From assembly GCA_013239625.1 (NCBI GenBank), contig MU056000.1:13219175-13283174 (forward strand): DNA of 64,000 nt. The letters are read 5' to 3'. The notes below the pieces were generated by a model. It worked only from the letters and a program-made list of their open reading frames with translations. It did not search any database and was not told the DNA's origin. Below, in pieces: positions 13,471-26,610 of the stretch. Source of the stretch: Lama guanicoe (Eukaryota). How positions within the stretch are numbered: the stretch's first letter is position 1; every line of letters begins with the position of its first letter. The position numbers were made by a program, and so were the translations under genes.

Positions 13471-13728
13471 CTTAAAAAAAAAAAATTCTCCCTTGGAGTT
13501 AACACATGTCAAAGCAAAGAACAATAATTCTCTGATGAGTAGAGGAGGTTTATGTACAATAGTTTTTTGGTCAATGTTAAACCAATATATATACAATTTC
13601 CATATATGTGTGTGATGTGTGTCCATGTGTTATAAGCATATTCTTGATTTATCATCAAGATATTGATAGAAATCAGTGGGAGAGAATAAATTATACTCCT
13701 TAAGAATTAGCACTACCAAGTTCATATA

Positions 13729-14371
13729 TGCGAAACCAAGCACCCTGTGGGGCCTTCCTGGAGATAGATCTCCCCCCATGTCTCTGCATCCCCTGCCTCT
13801 TGTTTATAAAAAAATGCTTTAGATTCCTAGGCTTTCCTGACTTCCAAAGGACAGATTTAATCTGAGAAGTGAGAAAATGCAGAAGCAAAGGAAAAGAGTC
13901 AAGCAAAAAAAAAATAATAATATTAGTTGAGTCATATGATTAAGGTCAAGGACATTTAGTTCCTCCTCAAGGGCTATAGGTAACATCCTTCAGCTGTTTT
14001 GCAGATACTAAAATTTCTACCAGGTGGAGGAAGTTAACTGCATGCTGACCAGGAGTACTTAGACCCCAAATCAGTTGGAACTAGAAGGTTGACAACCTTG
14101 ACTCCCAAAATACTACCCTGTTACCTCACCACTAACCAATCAGAAGACTGCACAGAAACTTATCAGGAACCGTACAGCCATCAACCCTAATGTTGCATCT
14201 AGGAACCCTTCTCCAAAAGCCTTTGGGGAACTTGGGTCTTTAGAGCAGAGGTGCCTATTCTCCTTGCTTAGCCCTGCAATAAAGGCTGTACTTTCCCTCA
14301 CTACAACTAGGTGTCAGTAGATCAAATTTGCTATGCCTCAGACAAGGGTATCCAAGTATAATTTGGTAACA
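13729..14371 (+). mobile_element. ERV1 solo LTR (MER41-like, laurasiatherian type)
   Basis: TG...TTTGGTAACA termini, CCAAT box (AACCAATCAG about 14135), AATAAA at 14278-14283. Confidence 0.8.
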
Positions 14372-14934
14372 CATGTAGTTCTTTGATGAGACTTTTTATC
14401 CCTATATATGTAGAAAAGAGAATAAAACTTTTATGTCCATATGAAACAATATAACAAAGAGATTAATTACATTCAATCTTCCTTTAATAAACATCAAAAA
14501 GTAATCCAAATGCTCTATCATTAGTTTCACAATAATGGTGCTCATGCGTTTTGACCAAAATAATCTTGATGTAGATCATTAGAAAATTCATATTTTATAA
14601 ACTTCAACAGATCTGTTAGGTTGCCCAGAGGTCTAAGTTGTTCAAAATCATTGAAAGCTTATTGATTTTCATTGTCTAAAGTGTTCTCATTATTTGAATT
14701 ATAAAGAAAGATCTTATAGTTCAAACTTTCTTTTACCGATCAACCACATGTTGTACTTTCTTTTAAATCTAAGTTTGTGAATTACACTTTTAAGTGCTAT
14801 ATTTTTGAATCTGAATTAACTTTATGTAGGCTAGAGTCACAACTTTTGTTATTTTGCCAGCTCATTTTTGGCTTTCAGAACATATTTGTAAAAAAAAATT
14901 GTCAGCAATATGGATTTTTATCAAGAATCTAGTT

Positions 14935-15168
14935 CGGGGTAGAGGGTGGGAAGGGATAGACTGGGATTTCAAAATTGTAGAACAGATAAACAAGATTACA
15001 CTGTATAGCACAGGGAAATATACACAAAATGTTATGATAAATCACAGAGAAAAAAATGTGACAATGAGTGTGTATATGTCCATGTATGACTGAAAAATTG
15101 TACTGAACACTGGAATTTGACACAACACTGTAAAATGATTATGAATCAATAAAAATGTAAAAAAAAAA
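14935..15168 (+). mobile_element. Young 5'-truncated L1 3' UTR with poly(A)
   Basis: AATAAA plus A-tail; perfect 12-bp TSD AAGAATCTAGTT at 14923-14934 and 15169-15180. Confidence 0.93.
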
Positions 15169-18100
15169 AAGAATCTAGTTTGAGGAGAGCTATACAAAAC
15201 TATATGTATTCAAGGACTAAATTCACTTATGATATTAACAGGGGTGCATTTTGCAAATATGCTTTTGATTTTTTTGAAAGTTTGCCTAATCTAAATGGAA
15301 TGGAAACAATATGAATGCTTGCATAAGTTAGCAAGAAATTTGTGGAAAACCTCTGAAGGGCTTTTAAAATAAGAGACATGCTCCTTTGTCCAAAATGCTT
15401 CAGAGGTAGTTCTTTTAGTTTATTTTTGGAGTTATGACTCTAGAATTCCATTTAAAAGGATTCTCATTCAAATACAAAAAGGAAAAGGAACTTAAAGGGG
15501 AGGTATAAGTGACTCACTGACGTAAATAGCCCAGAGAGCAATTAGGTGAATCATGTATAATGAACTTGAGTGAATAAAAAGGGCTGGTGGAAAAAAAAAT
15601 TGAATTATATTAATATAAAAAGTCTGTATCCAGATTTTACGTGTTTGCTTATACTAAATGGGTGAAATAACAGGAAGAATTAATGGCAATAATTTGGAAA
15701 CAGAAAGACCAGAGTATGCGATGTTTTTCTGGGGAGAATAACAACAATCACATACAATAATTGGTGAATTTATATACATATACACACAAATGAACCACAT
15801 ATAGATGTATTCCAAAGATTAAATTTTATTCTAGGACTCTCATTCTTGGACTGTCCTAAGATAGTGAAACAATCCTCTAATTTTCAGCTTTCAATCCTTA
15901 AATTTTATTTTTATTCACGACTAAAAATTGAATTTTTGTTTCATGTATGATTTAATGTTATCTTAAAATATCTTTTGGTTTTGTTACCATAGTTACAGTC
16001 TTTTCATCTTAAATGTATTTGTCCATTGTATTTTGCTCCCTGAGCAGGAAAAAATTTGCATAATATTGGAGTCCTGTTCATTATGTCTTGACAATGAACA
16101 CTGTCTACAACAAAATAGAATCATTTAGTTCATTCCTATGAGCATTTTATTAACCAAAAGTATTTAATCATAAAATCAAGTACTTTGAGATTTCCACCAA
16201 TCGTATGATGCTGACTCATTTTGATGAATGGTTCATGTTACTTCCACTGACAAATTGGCAATGTCACCATTTACCCAGACTCTCTTGATCTTTGAATACT
16301 TATCTAAGGAGTAGTTTTGCCAATTCTAAGAATAAATAAAAGAAAAATTCAAAGAATTTAGGAATATACATTGAAAACCTTTTGTTACTTTTTATTAAAA
16401 GGACTTTTCAAACTTGTTCTATGAAAATGAGAGGGAAATGTGCATATCTTGTAATTGAAATAAAAATGGACATTATAACTTTTGAAAGATGCAGTATTTC
16501 AAACTTGAGGGATTAAGAATTTGGGAAAAAGATTAAAATGATCCTGGCCTTAGGCAGCTCATTAGTTCCACACAGATCTAGTATCACATGTCCTTCAAGA
16601 ACACATTGGAAATCTCCTAGCTAGAGATTTCTCTTTATTTTTTGGATAATATGTCATTTGAAGAACATTAATCTTAGATTCTCAAAACTGCTGTCCAATA
16701 TGTCCCCAGCTGACCGGTAGCAAAAAGTGAAAGGTAAAATAAACACGCATTAAATCATGTCATTTGTTTAGCTAATTTAGTGGGAGAGCAATGGGAATAG
16801 GAGGGAACAACATATTTGAAAAGCAGTTTTATAACAGCACATTTGTTCCCATCTTCTCGTGATAAAATGTTGGCTCCAAGGTCATCATACTTCTAGCACA
16901 TAAATACATCCTATTGACACTGATAACTTTTAAACAATTGAATTTCTTAATTCCTTATATACTTTGTGGGGAGATGCGTATTTATAGAAATTGCATCATT
17001 AAAAGATTACAGAAAAATTTAATACTTAGAACATTTCTCTATGTGTAAACTATAAGTTACCTCAAATGAAGAGGATTTTTGTAAGGATTAAGTCAGTCAA
17101 AAATGCAAAGCAGTTAGCTCATTTATTGATAAAAAGTTCTCATCAACTTTTAGCACTTATTATGAATATTATTTCTGTTGTAGTTATTATTAAATCATTA
17201 TTCCCAAATATTAAAATGTTAGATTTTCCTTGTGTTTCTCTTTTTTTTTTTTCCAGACAGTAAGTGGAAAGTTTAGGTGACTCCAACTGACAAAACACAG
17301 GGTTGTTTCTGTAATAGGAAGTTTGGAAATAATAAAGAATTCACCTGAATTAGATAACTCCAAAGAAGAAGAATTATAGAAGACACAATAATATTAATGA
17401 GTTAAGCTGTATTTTTTAGAGTATGCTCCCTTTTAAAAGTCATTCCAGTGAAAAATGTAGGACTTGGTGCTGAATAACACAATCAGACAATTTCCTCTGG
17501 GTGTGCTTTCCATGAACTCTTAATCTTCCAATGCCGTGAAACCTTAATTAAAAAGGAGACTATTAGGAGTTTGCAATGTATTTAATGAGTGGGCAACTGA
17601 CATCTCAATGTGAAATGGGGCAATTGCATTCAAATAGAAAAAGAATGATTATGGGAACGTCTCTTAGAGTTCACTTAAAGTTCTTGCAGTATAAAAGTCT
17701 CATCTTTATTAACACTGAATTTCTGATACACACTTCTTTTAAGTGGCCCACTTGAATGCCTGTGGGAGATCTTCTTAGTCTACCACCCAATACAATATTT
17801 CAAATTAGTAGAATTAACTTCAGCCTCTGTGACATTATCATATGTCATTTTCACTATTTATGTGAATATCTTTAAATATTTCATTTGATGTCCTAGAACC
17901 ATGTATTTCAGAGAGAAAATATTATTTCATAATTTCTTTTGATAATTTCTTTTGATAAGCTCTCCTAGGTCTGAACACACCTAATCAGAATTCATCTTTC
18001 ATATTGCTCTTTTATCCTAAATGCAAACACACACACACAAAACCCAATAGGACTAGGGGATAATATATTTTAGAAAACATTACATACAAATATTTGGGTA

Positions 18101-18362
18101 TTATTTCTTTAATTATCTTTCACTAGTTTTTAAAAACACATGGAAGTTACATGGGGACTCACCAAACACAGGACCTGAGTCATTCGGAGTACTCAATAAA
18201 GGTAAATTGAATATAAAAATACTTGAGTTTTTTTCTCCACCTATGTGAAACTATTATAAATATAAGAAATTCTGCAGAAAAGGAGAAAGGTGATTTGCAG
18301 AATCTATATCAAGCCATTAAGCAATTTAAATGAGCAGTTTTATGAGAAAGAAAGAAGGTCGA

Positions 18363-18516
18363 GGGGAGGGTATAGCTCAAATGGGAGAGCTCATTCTCAG
18401 CGCACACAGGGTCCTGGCTTTAATCCCTAGTACCTCCTCTAAAAACAAACAAGCCTGATTACTTTCCCCACCAAAATAAAATAATTAAATAATTAAATAA
18501 TAAATAAATAAACTAC
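18363..18516 (+). mobile_element. tRNA-derived SINE, camelid Vic-1 type
   Basis: GGGGAGGGTATAGCTCA A-box head, degenerate B-box, (TAAA)n tail, approximate TSD AA(G/A)AAGGTC. Confidence 0.85.
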
Positions 18517-19127
18517 AAAAAAGGTCAGAAGATTAGTTGACTGAATTCATTTGGTCATAAAGTGTTTTTCCTCAGCTTCACCTTAAAGTGAATCTAGTAA
18601 GCAAACATGGAGTGGGAACTATATAGATAAATATGATAATAAGTATACTGAAAGTTTTCATTCCATAAATATTGTATGGATTTAATGTTTTTTTAATTCT
18701 TCTATGAATTATTAAATATTTCAATTTCCAGAAAAATAAAAGCATGAGAAGCTCTGTGTGCTACCACCCTCCTCTACTAAATCTAACATTTGGCCACATA
18801 TGCTTTATTAAAAAAAAATGCTATGGAAAGCTGCCATATTCTTCTTCCCAATTTCATCCTTTCCATTATATTAAAATAAATAAATGATTTAATGCAATGC
18901 TTTATTGTGTTGTTTATATTTACCATAAGGCATTTCTATCCTTATGATCTAATTTTTCCCTCATGTCTTTTGCCATATATATGCTTGTTTGATTAAAAAC
19001 AAAACAAAATTATGGGTATATATGTCTCTTTCTCACCTTCCCATATATTCATTTCACAAACATGGAAAATAAAATGATTTTTTTCTGTTATGTTATCATA
19101 TTGTTTTTAAATTGATACTATATTCAT

Positions 19128-19490
19128 TTTTATTGAGGTGTAATTGAAAAATTTGTATATATTAAAAGTGCACAAAATGGTGATTTTACATATGTATCCT
19201 CTGGGAAATGAATAGCATAATGAGGTTAATTGACAGATTCATCACCTCAGACGGTTTTAAATTTTTGTTTTATGATGAGAACACTTGAGGTTTACTCTCT
19301 TAGCAAATTTCAAATACACAACACAGTGTTATTTAGTCACCATGCTGAAGACTGGATTCCCAGAGCTTGCTCATCTTATAGCACAAGGCTTTTAATCTTT
19401 AACCATCTTTTCCCATCTCTACACCCTCCATCCCTGCCCCCAGCCCCTGATAATAACTATTCTGTTGTCTGCTTCTATGAGTTCCTTTTT
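19128..19490 (-). mobile_element. L1MA9-like 3' UTR fragment
   Basis: 'tttttattgaggtgtaattga...gatgagaacacttgaggtttactctcttagcaaatttcaaatacacaa'. Confidence 0.85.
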
Positions 19491-21074
19491 TGGCGGGGGG
19501 TGGGAGAAGGGGAATTGATGGAAGCCTACGACACGTAAGATGTCAATATTTGATGTTCATGTATCTGTCTTATTTTAAAATGCTGATATTTTATTTTTTG
19601 TTATATTTCTACCTCTCTCTCCCTCCTATTTAACTGACTATATAGATAAAAAATATTTTAAAGAATTTAATTGAAATTACATGTTAAGAGTTAGGATAAT
19701 AAACTTAAGGGGTAAAGCTTTCATCTGCTCTATCCATATGCTTTGTTTGGTCTGGGTGATGTCCTGAAATGGATCACCTGAAATGACCTCAACATTTGCC
19801 ACTCCCAGTTATGTTACAGTGAACTGATTTAAATTTTAGATTCCTGGAAACATTTGACTTTATTACATCTGGTAAAGAATGAGAAAATGTACATTAAAGT
19901 GTATCAAGAAAAGAGTTTGATATACAATGGGCACTATCTTTCAAGTATCCACTTAGATTAGTTCCATAGACTTTCAATTTATTCAAGGGAAGAAAACGTA
20001 ATAACTTAAGTAAACACTTGTAAAATACTTTAAAATTTATATGATTCTTTTAGGTGACTATCATTGTGTACCTTATTTTCTGTGGTATATCCTGAACGAG
20101 TCAGTGACCAGTTTAAATAGAGAATCCTGAGTTTATCTGCAATTTCAATTTCTAACTCAGTTATGAAATTTCTCTGAAAGCTGTTCCTCAGAATTCACTT
20201 TGAAATAAGTCACTAACATCCAAGTATTTTCCAGGTCTGACTGCTCTTTGTCTAAAGCCCTTTGGGTGATTTCAAGAAGCCAAGTTTTTACCATGGGACT
20301 CTGTTTACCCAGCCAGAGCTGACTGAATAAGAGATAGATGTTGACAAACAAAATAAAACAAGACAAAACAGAAAACCAAACCAAACAAAAACAATGACAA
20401 CAACAAAACCCTTTTGTTTTGGAAACTTGCAATTTGGCTTGGTCCTTGTCAATTCCTTGAATTGGGGATGTTTGAACCCCAAGATGAGTGACACGCATTT
20501 TCCACTATGTGCATGGCAAAGTAGAAAAAGTTGGTCCCATGAAAAAAAGAAAAATGACACTAAAAGGCAGAGAAAAATCATAAATGAGAAGCCAGGTGGT
20601 GAAAATGAGAAAAAAGATGCTCTGTGACTTGAATGCTGCCTTTATTTTCTTTTCCAAGCCTGAGGAATCTTGCTTATAAGTGATGTCCTTGTGTTTCTCA
20701 GAGTGAAATGCTATTATTGTCAGCCTGAATGAGTTTCATTAACTGTATTCAAATGATCCTTCGCTATGATACTCACCGTTAGTTTTTTCAATATCATCGG
20801 GGTAAATAACATCTTTCTTTTAAATCCAAACAAAATGAGATTTTTGTATTCAAGTCATTGACAAGAGCCTAGGAGTCGGAATGTTACCTTTGGGATTTGG
20901 CAGAGTGGAACATGGCTATTCAGTAAGATGAAAACAAACCCCTCATATGAATGTCCATTTACACTTCTTAAGTAAAATGATTTTTTTAATAAAATATTTT
21001 CACAAGTATTTAGCTCTTGTCATTATTATGAATATTTTGGTTGGATAATAATTACTGATTAGATACAGATGAAA

Positions 21075-21255
21075 AGCAGACCTTCTGAACCCAGACCATG
21101 TGTCTATGAGATCCTGGTCCTGTCTTTCACTAGCTTGTGGTCTTGGGAAACTTACTTAAAGTTATTTAAAAGGAGATTATGATTGCCTCGCCCCTACTAT
21201 AAAAATATTGTAGAAGGTAAAGGAATTTATAAACTCAAAATCCTTGAAGCCATGA
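21075..21255 (+). mobile_element. MIR SINE, degenerate
   Basis: 'cactagcttgtggtcttgggaaacttacttaa' MIR core. Confidence 0.55.
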
Positions 21256-21261
21256 TTCTTA

Positions 21262-21665
21262 GTGTTTAATCACTTTTAAAATTAATTGGTTTTAATTGTT
21301 TTTCAGTAGCACATCATAAGGGAAAGTCTATTTTTAAGAAAGTGTGAAGATAGCATTATCATGAAGTGAACACTCTGGGGATAATGGATTTTGTTGCATG
21401 AGAAAATTACAGAAACAGTCAGCAAACATTGATGTCTCAAGTCAAGAAACAGCTGTATCCAGGTGTTTAAGCACTTTTAAAATTAATCATTTTTAATTGT
21501 TTTTCAGTAGCACATCATTAGGGAAAACCTATTTTTAAGAAAGTGTAAAGATAGCATTATCATGAAGTGAACACTCTGGGGATAATGGATTTTGTTCCAT
21601 GAGAAAATTACTGAGACACAGTCAGCAAACACTGATGTCTCAAGTCAAGAAACAGCTGCATCCAG
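21262..21665. repeat. Tandem duplication, 2 copies of about 201-203 bp
   Basis: Copy 1 is 21262-21462 and copy 2 is 21463-21665; about a dozen substitutions plus a 2-nt indel by eye. Confidence 0.97.
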
Positions 21666-21669
21666 GAGA

Positions 21670-23285
21670 CTGAAGAGAATACACAGTACTTCATAACTGT
21701 AGTTTTCTGCATTCTCTCACGTTCCATGGAGACCCACCACCGGGGGACTTTGATGGCGTAACCACAGCCTACATTCAGTTGGATTTGCTGGGTCTGGGAG
21801 CAGTTTGGTTACCAGGTTGTACAGTTGGGAGTTACTCAATGATACATGGAAAGTAGTCCTGGCACAAGTCCAGACACTATTTTCCTGATCAACCTGTAAG
21901 CCTTCTCCTAATTTTCCTCCGTAAGTAGTTGACGAATGTATGAAATCCATTCCTTGCTAATAATTTGCCCCAGTTGCCTCTGAAGAATGTGTCCACACCA
22001 CCGTCCTCCTTCTTAAAGTCATTAATGCTGAAGACTGTACTCAGTTTTGTACTCAGTTTTGAATCACGGAAGTGTTGTAAGCCCTGAGATTTTGGCAGTT
22101 GCATTGAAAAAAGCAGCAGCCTGTTTTGGCTGTCAGAAGTTTGAAGGCCTCAATACCTAATAATTTGCTAATTCTCTTCTAAAAATCCTTTGCTGTAAGT
22201 TGTAAATTGCTCGTATGATCAGCAATGTGTGAAATTTAGGTGTCTGACTCTGCTCTCTGCAGGGGACTCCTTTAATTTGGTGTTGGTCCTCACACTTAAA
22301 TTCGGCCATCATAGGAAGCCATGCTTTCATTATTATGACAAAATACAGGGAGAATCACATTACCTTAAGTGGATTTCATAAGTTTTTTCACCCATTTCAT
22401 TGTTGGCCAGTTCCAGCTGCTGGTGCTCAGCTAACAGCAATATCAACTCATGTAAAATGCTTCTTTTCTCTTTAATGATTTTTTCTACTTATTTATCACT
22501 TATGATTATTTTTATTTCATTTTTTGTTATTTTTTTCGTGTGTCATGAATCCTGAATTTCCAGTTTTGGATTTCTTTATTTTATTGTTTTAGGACTGGAG
22601 ATGAATTTTGGAATTACAGAGTCATGGTATACATTCCAGAATCTGCTACTTACTAGTTACTGTTTCCATGTCTTGGCTACTGTAAATAGTGCTGCTATGA
22701 ACACTGGGGTGCAGCTGTCTTTTTGAAGTAGGGTCCCTTCTGCATATATGCCCAGGAGTGGGATTCCTGGATTATGTCGTAAGTCTATGATTACTGCTTT
22801 GGCTCCACTGGCCAATTTGGTAACTGAGCCCACCCTGTCCTTGGCAATTAAGGGACAGTACTTGGGCCTCACAGCTCTGGGTTCCCATTATTCCTGTTGC
22901 ATTTAGGGATTCAGTTTGATAATAGATTTTCCCTTGTAATATCTGACCTAGTGAAAACAGCAAACTTAAAGCTCTTGGACAATGCTGGGCCTCCCTTCAG
23001 AGTATGTATGTCCCCACATTCTGAAGTTAGTCTGACTAAAATGTTCTAAGGTAAGTAAATACATGTTCAGCCAGAACCTCACTTTCTGTAGATACTTGGT
23101 TAAACATAACGACTTGGCAATATTTTGCATCTCTCTCTTGCCATATCGTGACACGGGCTACCAGTTCCTCTTTACGTCTGGCAATAGAATCCTTGGTACC
23201 TGTAAATCTAATCTCTAAGATTAGAGACCAATTCTGTAAAACTAGGAACCAATTCAGGAAACTCATCTTTAAGATTCTGTTTCTT
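21670..23285 (-). mobile_element. Degenerate, internally deleted ERVL internal region (leader, gag, probable pro/pol traces)
   Basis: Minus-strand ORF 22772-22963 reads ESLNATGIMGTQSCEAQVLSLNCQGQGGLSYQIGQWSQSSN, like the ERVL Gag C-terminus (NLNAMGIIGS..GRGQVAALN..RQGG.SY.NGQQ.QSSN). The ERVL leader 'cagaatcttaaagatgagtttcctgaattggttc' lies at about 23245-23279. Similarity left of 22650 is weak. Confidence 0.65.
22661..22788 (-). mobile_element. Internal fragment of a young L1 (ORF2 C-terminus), with no 3' UTR or poly(A)
   Basis: Encodes NPGIPLLGIYAEGTLLQKDSCTPVFIAALFTVAKTWKQ, the classic L1 ORF2 C-terminal motif; flanked by TTACTG direct repeats. Confidence 0.92.
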
Positions 23286-23289
23286 CCAT

Positions 23290-23520
23290 AGATAAAAAAG
23301 AAGATTTTCTTCCCAAGGAAGCCTTGGCTCTGCCCTTGAGGCCTCTCAACTCATTGAATCAAGCTCATGAAAATTAACTGGAATGATATTCTTAAATTCA
23401 GCCGGTTATGAACTTTCATCAAATTGTCAGAATACTTCCACAGCAGTGCCTAGATTAGTGTTTGACTGGGTGCCTGGAGACTGCAGCCTAGCAAAGTTGA
23501 TGCGTCAAGAGGCCATTACA
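23290..23520 (-). mobile_element. MLT2-type LTR (partial; 5' LTR of the ERVL remnant)
   Basis: 'cacagcagtgcctagattagtgtttgactg...gcctagcaaagttga...ccattaca' is the reverse of the MLT2 5' end. Confidence 0.8.
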
Positions 23521-23923
23521 TTATAATAAGCCCATGGGGTGTTTTGAGAATAAAATGTCCTCACCTATAATAAAGCACTTACCGCTCTGTCTGGCACACA
23601 GTAAGTGCTAGAAAAAAGTGCTGTCTATGTGTGAGGCATTCTGTGCTGGATTTCTACTTCTTGAAGCAAAATGTTTCCTAACACTTTTTCATAATTAGTA
23701 GGGAAACAGGGAGCCCCTGCATGCTGGAAAATGACTTGTAGCAGCCTGCGTTCAGCCCTGCGCTCATCCTTGTGCTGATCATTCTGACAACGCTAAGCAT
23801 TATAATTGGTCCAACTTGTCACATGTACCCTCTATTGTGTTCAGGGAAGCAGGACTGTTGCTAGGGAAAAAGTGAGAAAGAAGTAGACAGACTCCAACAA
23901 TAACCATCATTTTCTACTTTTTA

Positions 23924-23986
23924 ACACACATGCTCTTGCACGCGCGCACACACACACATGCACATGCGCATCTTTTCATACACACG
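23924..23986. repeat. Alternating purine-pyrimidine (CA/CG/TG) tract
   Basis: tgcacgcgcgcacacacacacatgcacatgcgca. Confidence 0.85.
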
Positions 23987-25592
23987 ATTCCAAACTTGTC
24001 CCTATCTGATGCTGAGCTGTCACCCCACGTGCTACTCAGAATGCAGTCACAGAACGTCAGATCCAGCCCTTTCATCCCCACCTCTGTCTACGGTGCCTAC
24101 ATGATCTGTATTCTTTACGTTTAGGCCTAGATTTGTCACTATGTAATCATGAAATTTATGGACTACATGATAAACATAACTAATTTTTATATAGCCAGTG
24201 TTTAATAATGGACGGAAAGCTGAGTGACTCTCACAAGACAACCAAATAGAACAGAATAGAAGTGAAAGCAGCATGTAACAGTCTCCTGTAACAATTCCAT
24301 CCTCCTCCAGGCCAGGTGAAAAGGGAACTGAAGCATTTCCTTTACATGGGACGGAATGAATAAGTTAGTTATCTATTCTAAGCTGCCCCAGATTCTGCCA
24401 CCTGAAAATATCCCCTTTCTTCCTTGTTTTCTGTCCACCAAAGAGGGCCACTGGGGCTGGGGAGAATGGCAAGTAATGGTCTTGGATGCATTTCTCTCTG
24501 GGTTAAGCATTCCCAAAGCAGAGGGATGCTCACATTGAAGGAAAGACAGTAGGTAACCCACTTGAGTCCCTTTGAAGACATTTGCCTTTCGCTAAGTAGA
24601 CTGATGACATTTGTAGTAGGCGGTTCCTCATCTGCGGAATGCTGCCAACAGGATGTCCTTGATTTAGGATTGTTTACGGGGATCTATGGATTTGTGGAAC
24701 ATGGATCCAGGAAACTACCACACAAGCTAAGTGATTGCCTGGATATCAAAGAACTTTTTATAACATAAATGGTCCCTGCCTGGTGAGACAATAACCTACA
24801 CCTTATTACAGATTTCATGCTTGGTTCTGGGCTGAGGAGTGTTTGTCTAACATGAAAAAGAGAGACCTGGGAATCAGGTGCAATGTCCTAGAGCTCCCCT
24901 TCTTGACCTGATCATCTCCATTACTCGTAAACCTTAAATTATTATCAAGATTGGTCCTGGGTAAGATCTTGGATCCACAGGAGTTCAGTTTAAAAAAAAA
25001 CCTGATCCCTGTGTTAGTTCAGGGGAAACTGGCCTATTTGACAAGCTTTGGCCTCACCCCTATGAATGGGTAGGTGAAGAGACTGAGAATTTTTTTGGCT
25101 GCTGAAGAATCCCAAGATATTTCTCTGGAAATCTGAGGGCCTTAAAATATTAATTGACTGAACATCAACTCCAGCAACTAACAAACAGTGCCAGAAAGAT
25201 GCTAAAGTCAACAACTGCAGATCAAAGCCCACCCTGTATTTGTGGATGTAGTTGTCGTTAATAACTGGCCATTCCTCCTAGACTCAGCGCGTTGCAGACA
25301 GAAATGATCGGCCTCAGCAGGACTTTGGGTCTGTCTGGCTTTGCCTTCTTCATTTCTAGACAGGCCACATTTTATTTCTACTTTTTTTCTAACTTGCAAC
25401 ATTTTTGACTGAAAGCAGAAGGAAGGGAAGAATTCTCTTCAATCTCCTATCCTTTCTTTTCTTTTTTTTTCTTTTTTTTTTGTCTCCAAGTCAGCTAAAA
25501 AGACTCAGTTTGTACCATGTCCAAGTACCAGGATATCACAGAGGTATTTTAATAGCTGGTTCCTGCCTTTTAAAACCCGGATTACTACCATG

Positions 25593-26012
25593 TGTGTTTG
25601 TGTGCCAGGGCTACAATAATAAAATAACACAGAGTGTGGCTTAAATGACAGAAATTTACTGTGTCACAGTTCTGGAGGCTGGAGGTCTGAAATCAAGGTG
25701 TCAGGAGTGCTTGTTCCTTCTGAGGGCTGTGAGGGAGGACCTGTTCCAGCCCCTCTCCTTGGCTTGCAGTTGCCTCCTTCTCCCTGTGTCTCTGCCCACT
25801 GTCTTCCTTTTGTGAGTGTCTGTGTCCAGATCTTCCCTTCTTATAAGAATACCAGTCATATTGGATTAGAGTCCACCCTAATGAACTCACGTTAAGTTAA
25901 AAATTTATTACATCCGCAATGACATTATTTCCAAATAAGCTCACATTCTAAAGTTAGGGGGATTAGGACTTCCAGATATGAATTTGGGGGAGACACAATT
26001 CACCCCATAACA
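25593..26012 (-). mobile_element. MaLR solo LTR (MLT1B/MLT1C-like), full length
   Basis: 'cacagttctggaggctggaggtctgaaatcaaggtgtc', 'ttccaaataagctcacattct', end 'gacacaattcaccccataaca'; 5-bp TSD CCATG/CCATC. Confidence 0.93.
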
Positions 26013-26129
26013 CCATCTCAGCTTGTGTGAAAGAGACACCGTCTCCCAACCTCTTGATTTAGCCAGTTTCCTTTTTTATGGTCTGTCTTTAGCAACACTC
26101 CCTCTTCCTCCTTGTGTTCATCAAATTTC

Positions 26130-26610
26130 TGATGGACAGAAACTCTGCACGTGAATATAAGGAATGCTGGGATTTGTACTGAGTTTTGCCGTCGACTCAT
26201 GGAGGGGGTGAAACTGGGTCTGAGGGCCATAAGACACTTGAATATCGCTGGGACTTTCTCTTGCTTCCGTATGTTCCTTTCTGCCTGTTGGCTTGATTCT
26301 CGTGCCAGCTGCTCAGGCGAGATAGAATCCATGGCTACAGATAATTCTAGGCTTATGTCCATGGAGTCTCAGGCTTCCAAGAAGTAAAAGCAGGCATTTC
26401 ACTGCCAGTTCCTGCAAGAACAAACGCAAGGAAGGCTTTTTATAGTTCTCACTTTGCCGATATGTTCACCTCTGGACCAGTCGCTGTGGCTAAAAATGGA
26501 TGGACTTTATCATGGCTTATCGGCTCACACCCCATGCCCTGCGATTGGGGGTCTGTGACCAGGGGTAAAGTGGTTTGAAAGAAAAACAGACAGTAGAGAC
26601 AGCAGACACA
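26130..26610 (-). mobile_element. Old MaLR LTR (MLT1J/K-like), degenerate
   Basis: 'atgttcacctctggaccagtcgctgtggcta' block typical of old MLT1 reverse strand. Confidence 0.55.

Noticed and set aside
21262..21665. CRISPR array or satellite
   Set aside because: Only two long units with no spacers, in a eukaryotic context.
21700..22440. Processed pseudogene or non-retroviral viral insertion
   Set aside because: No cellular or viral protein recognised in the frames I translated; position and weak motifs fit decayed ERVL pro/pol.
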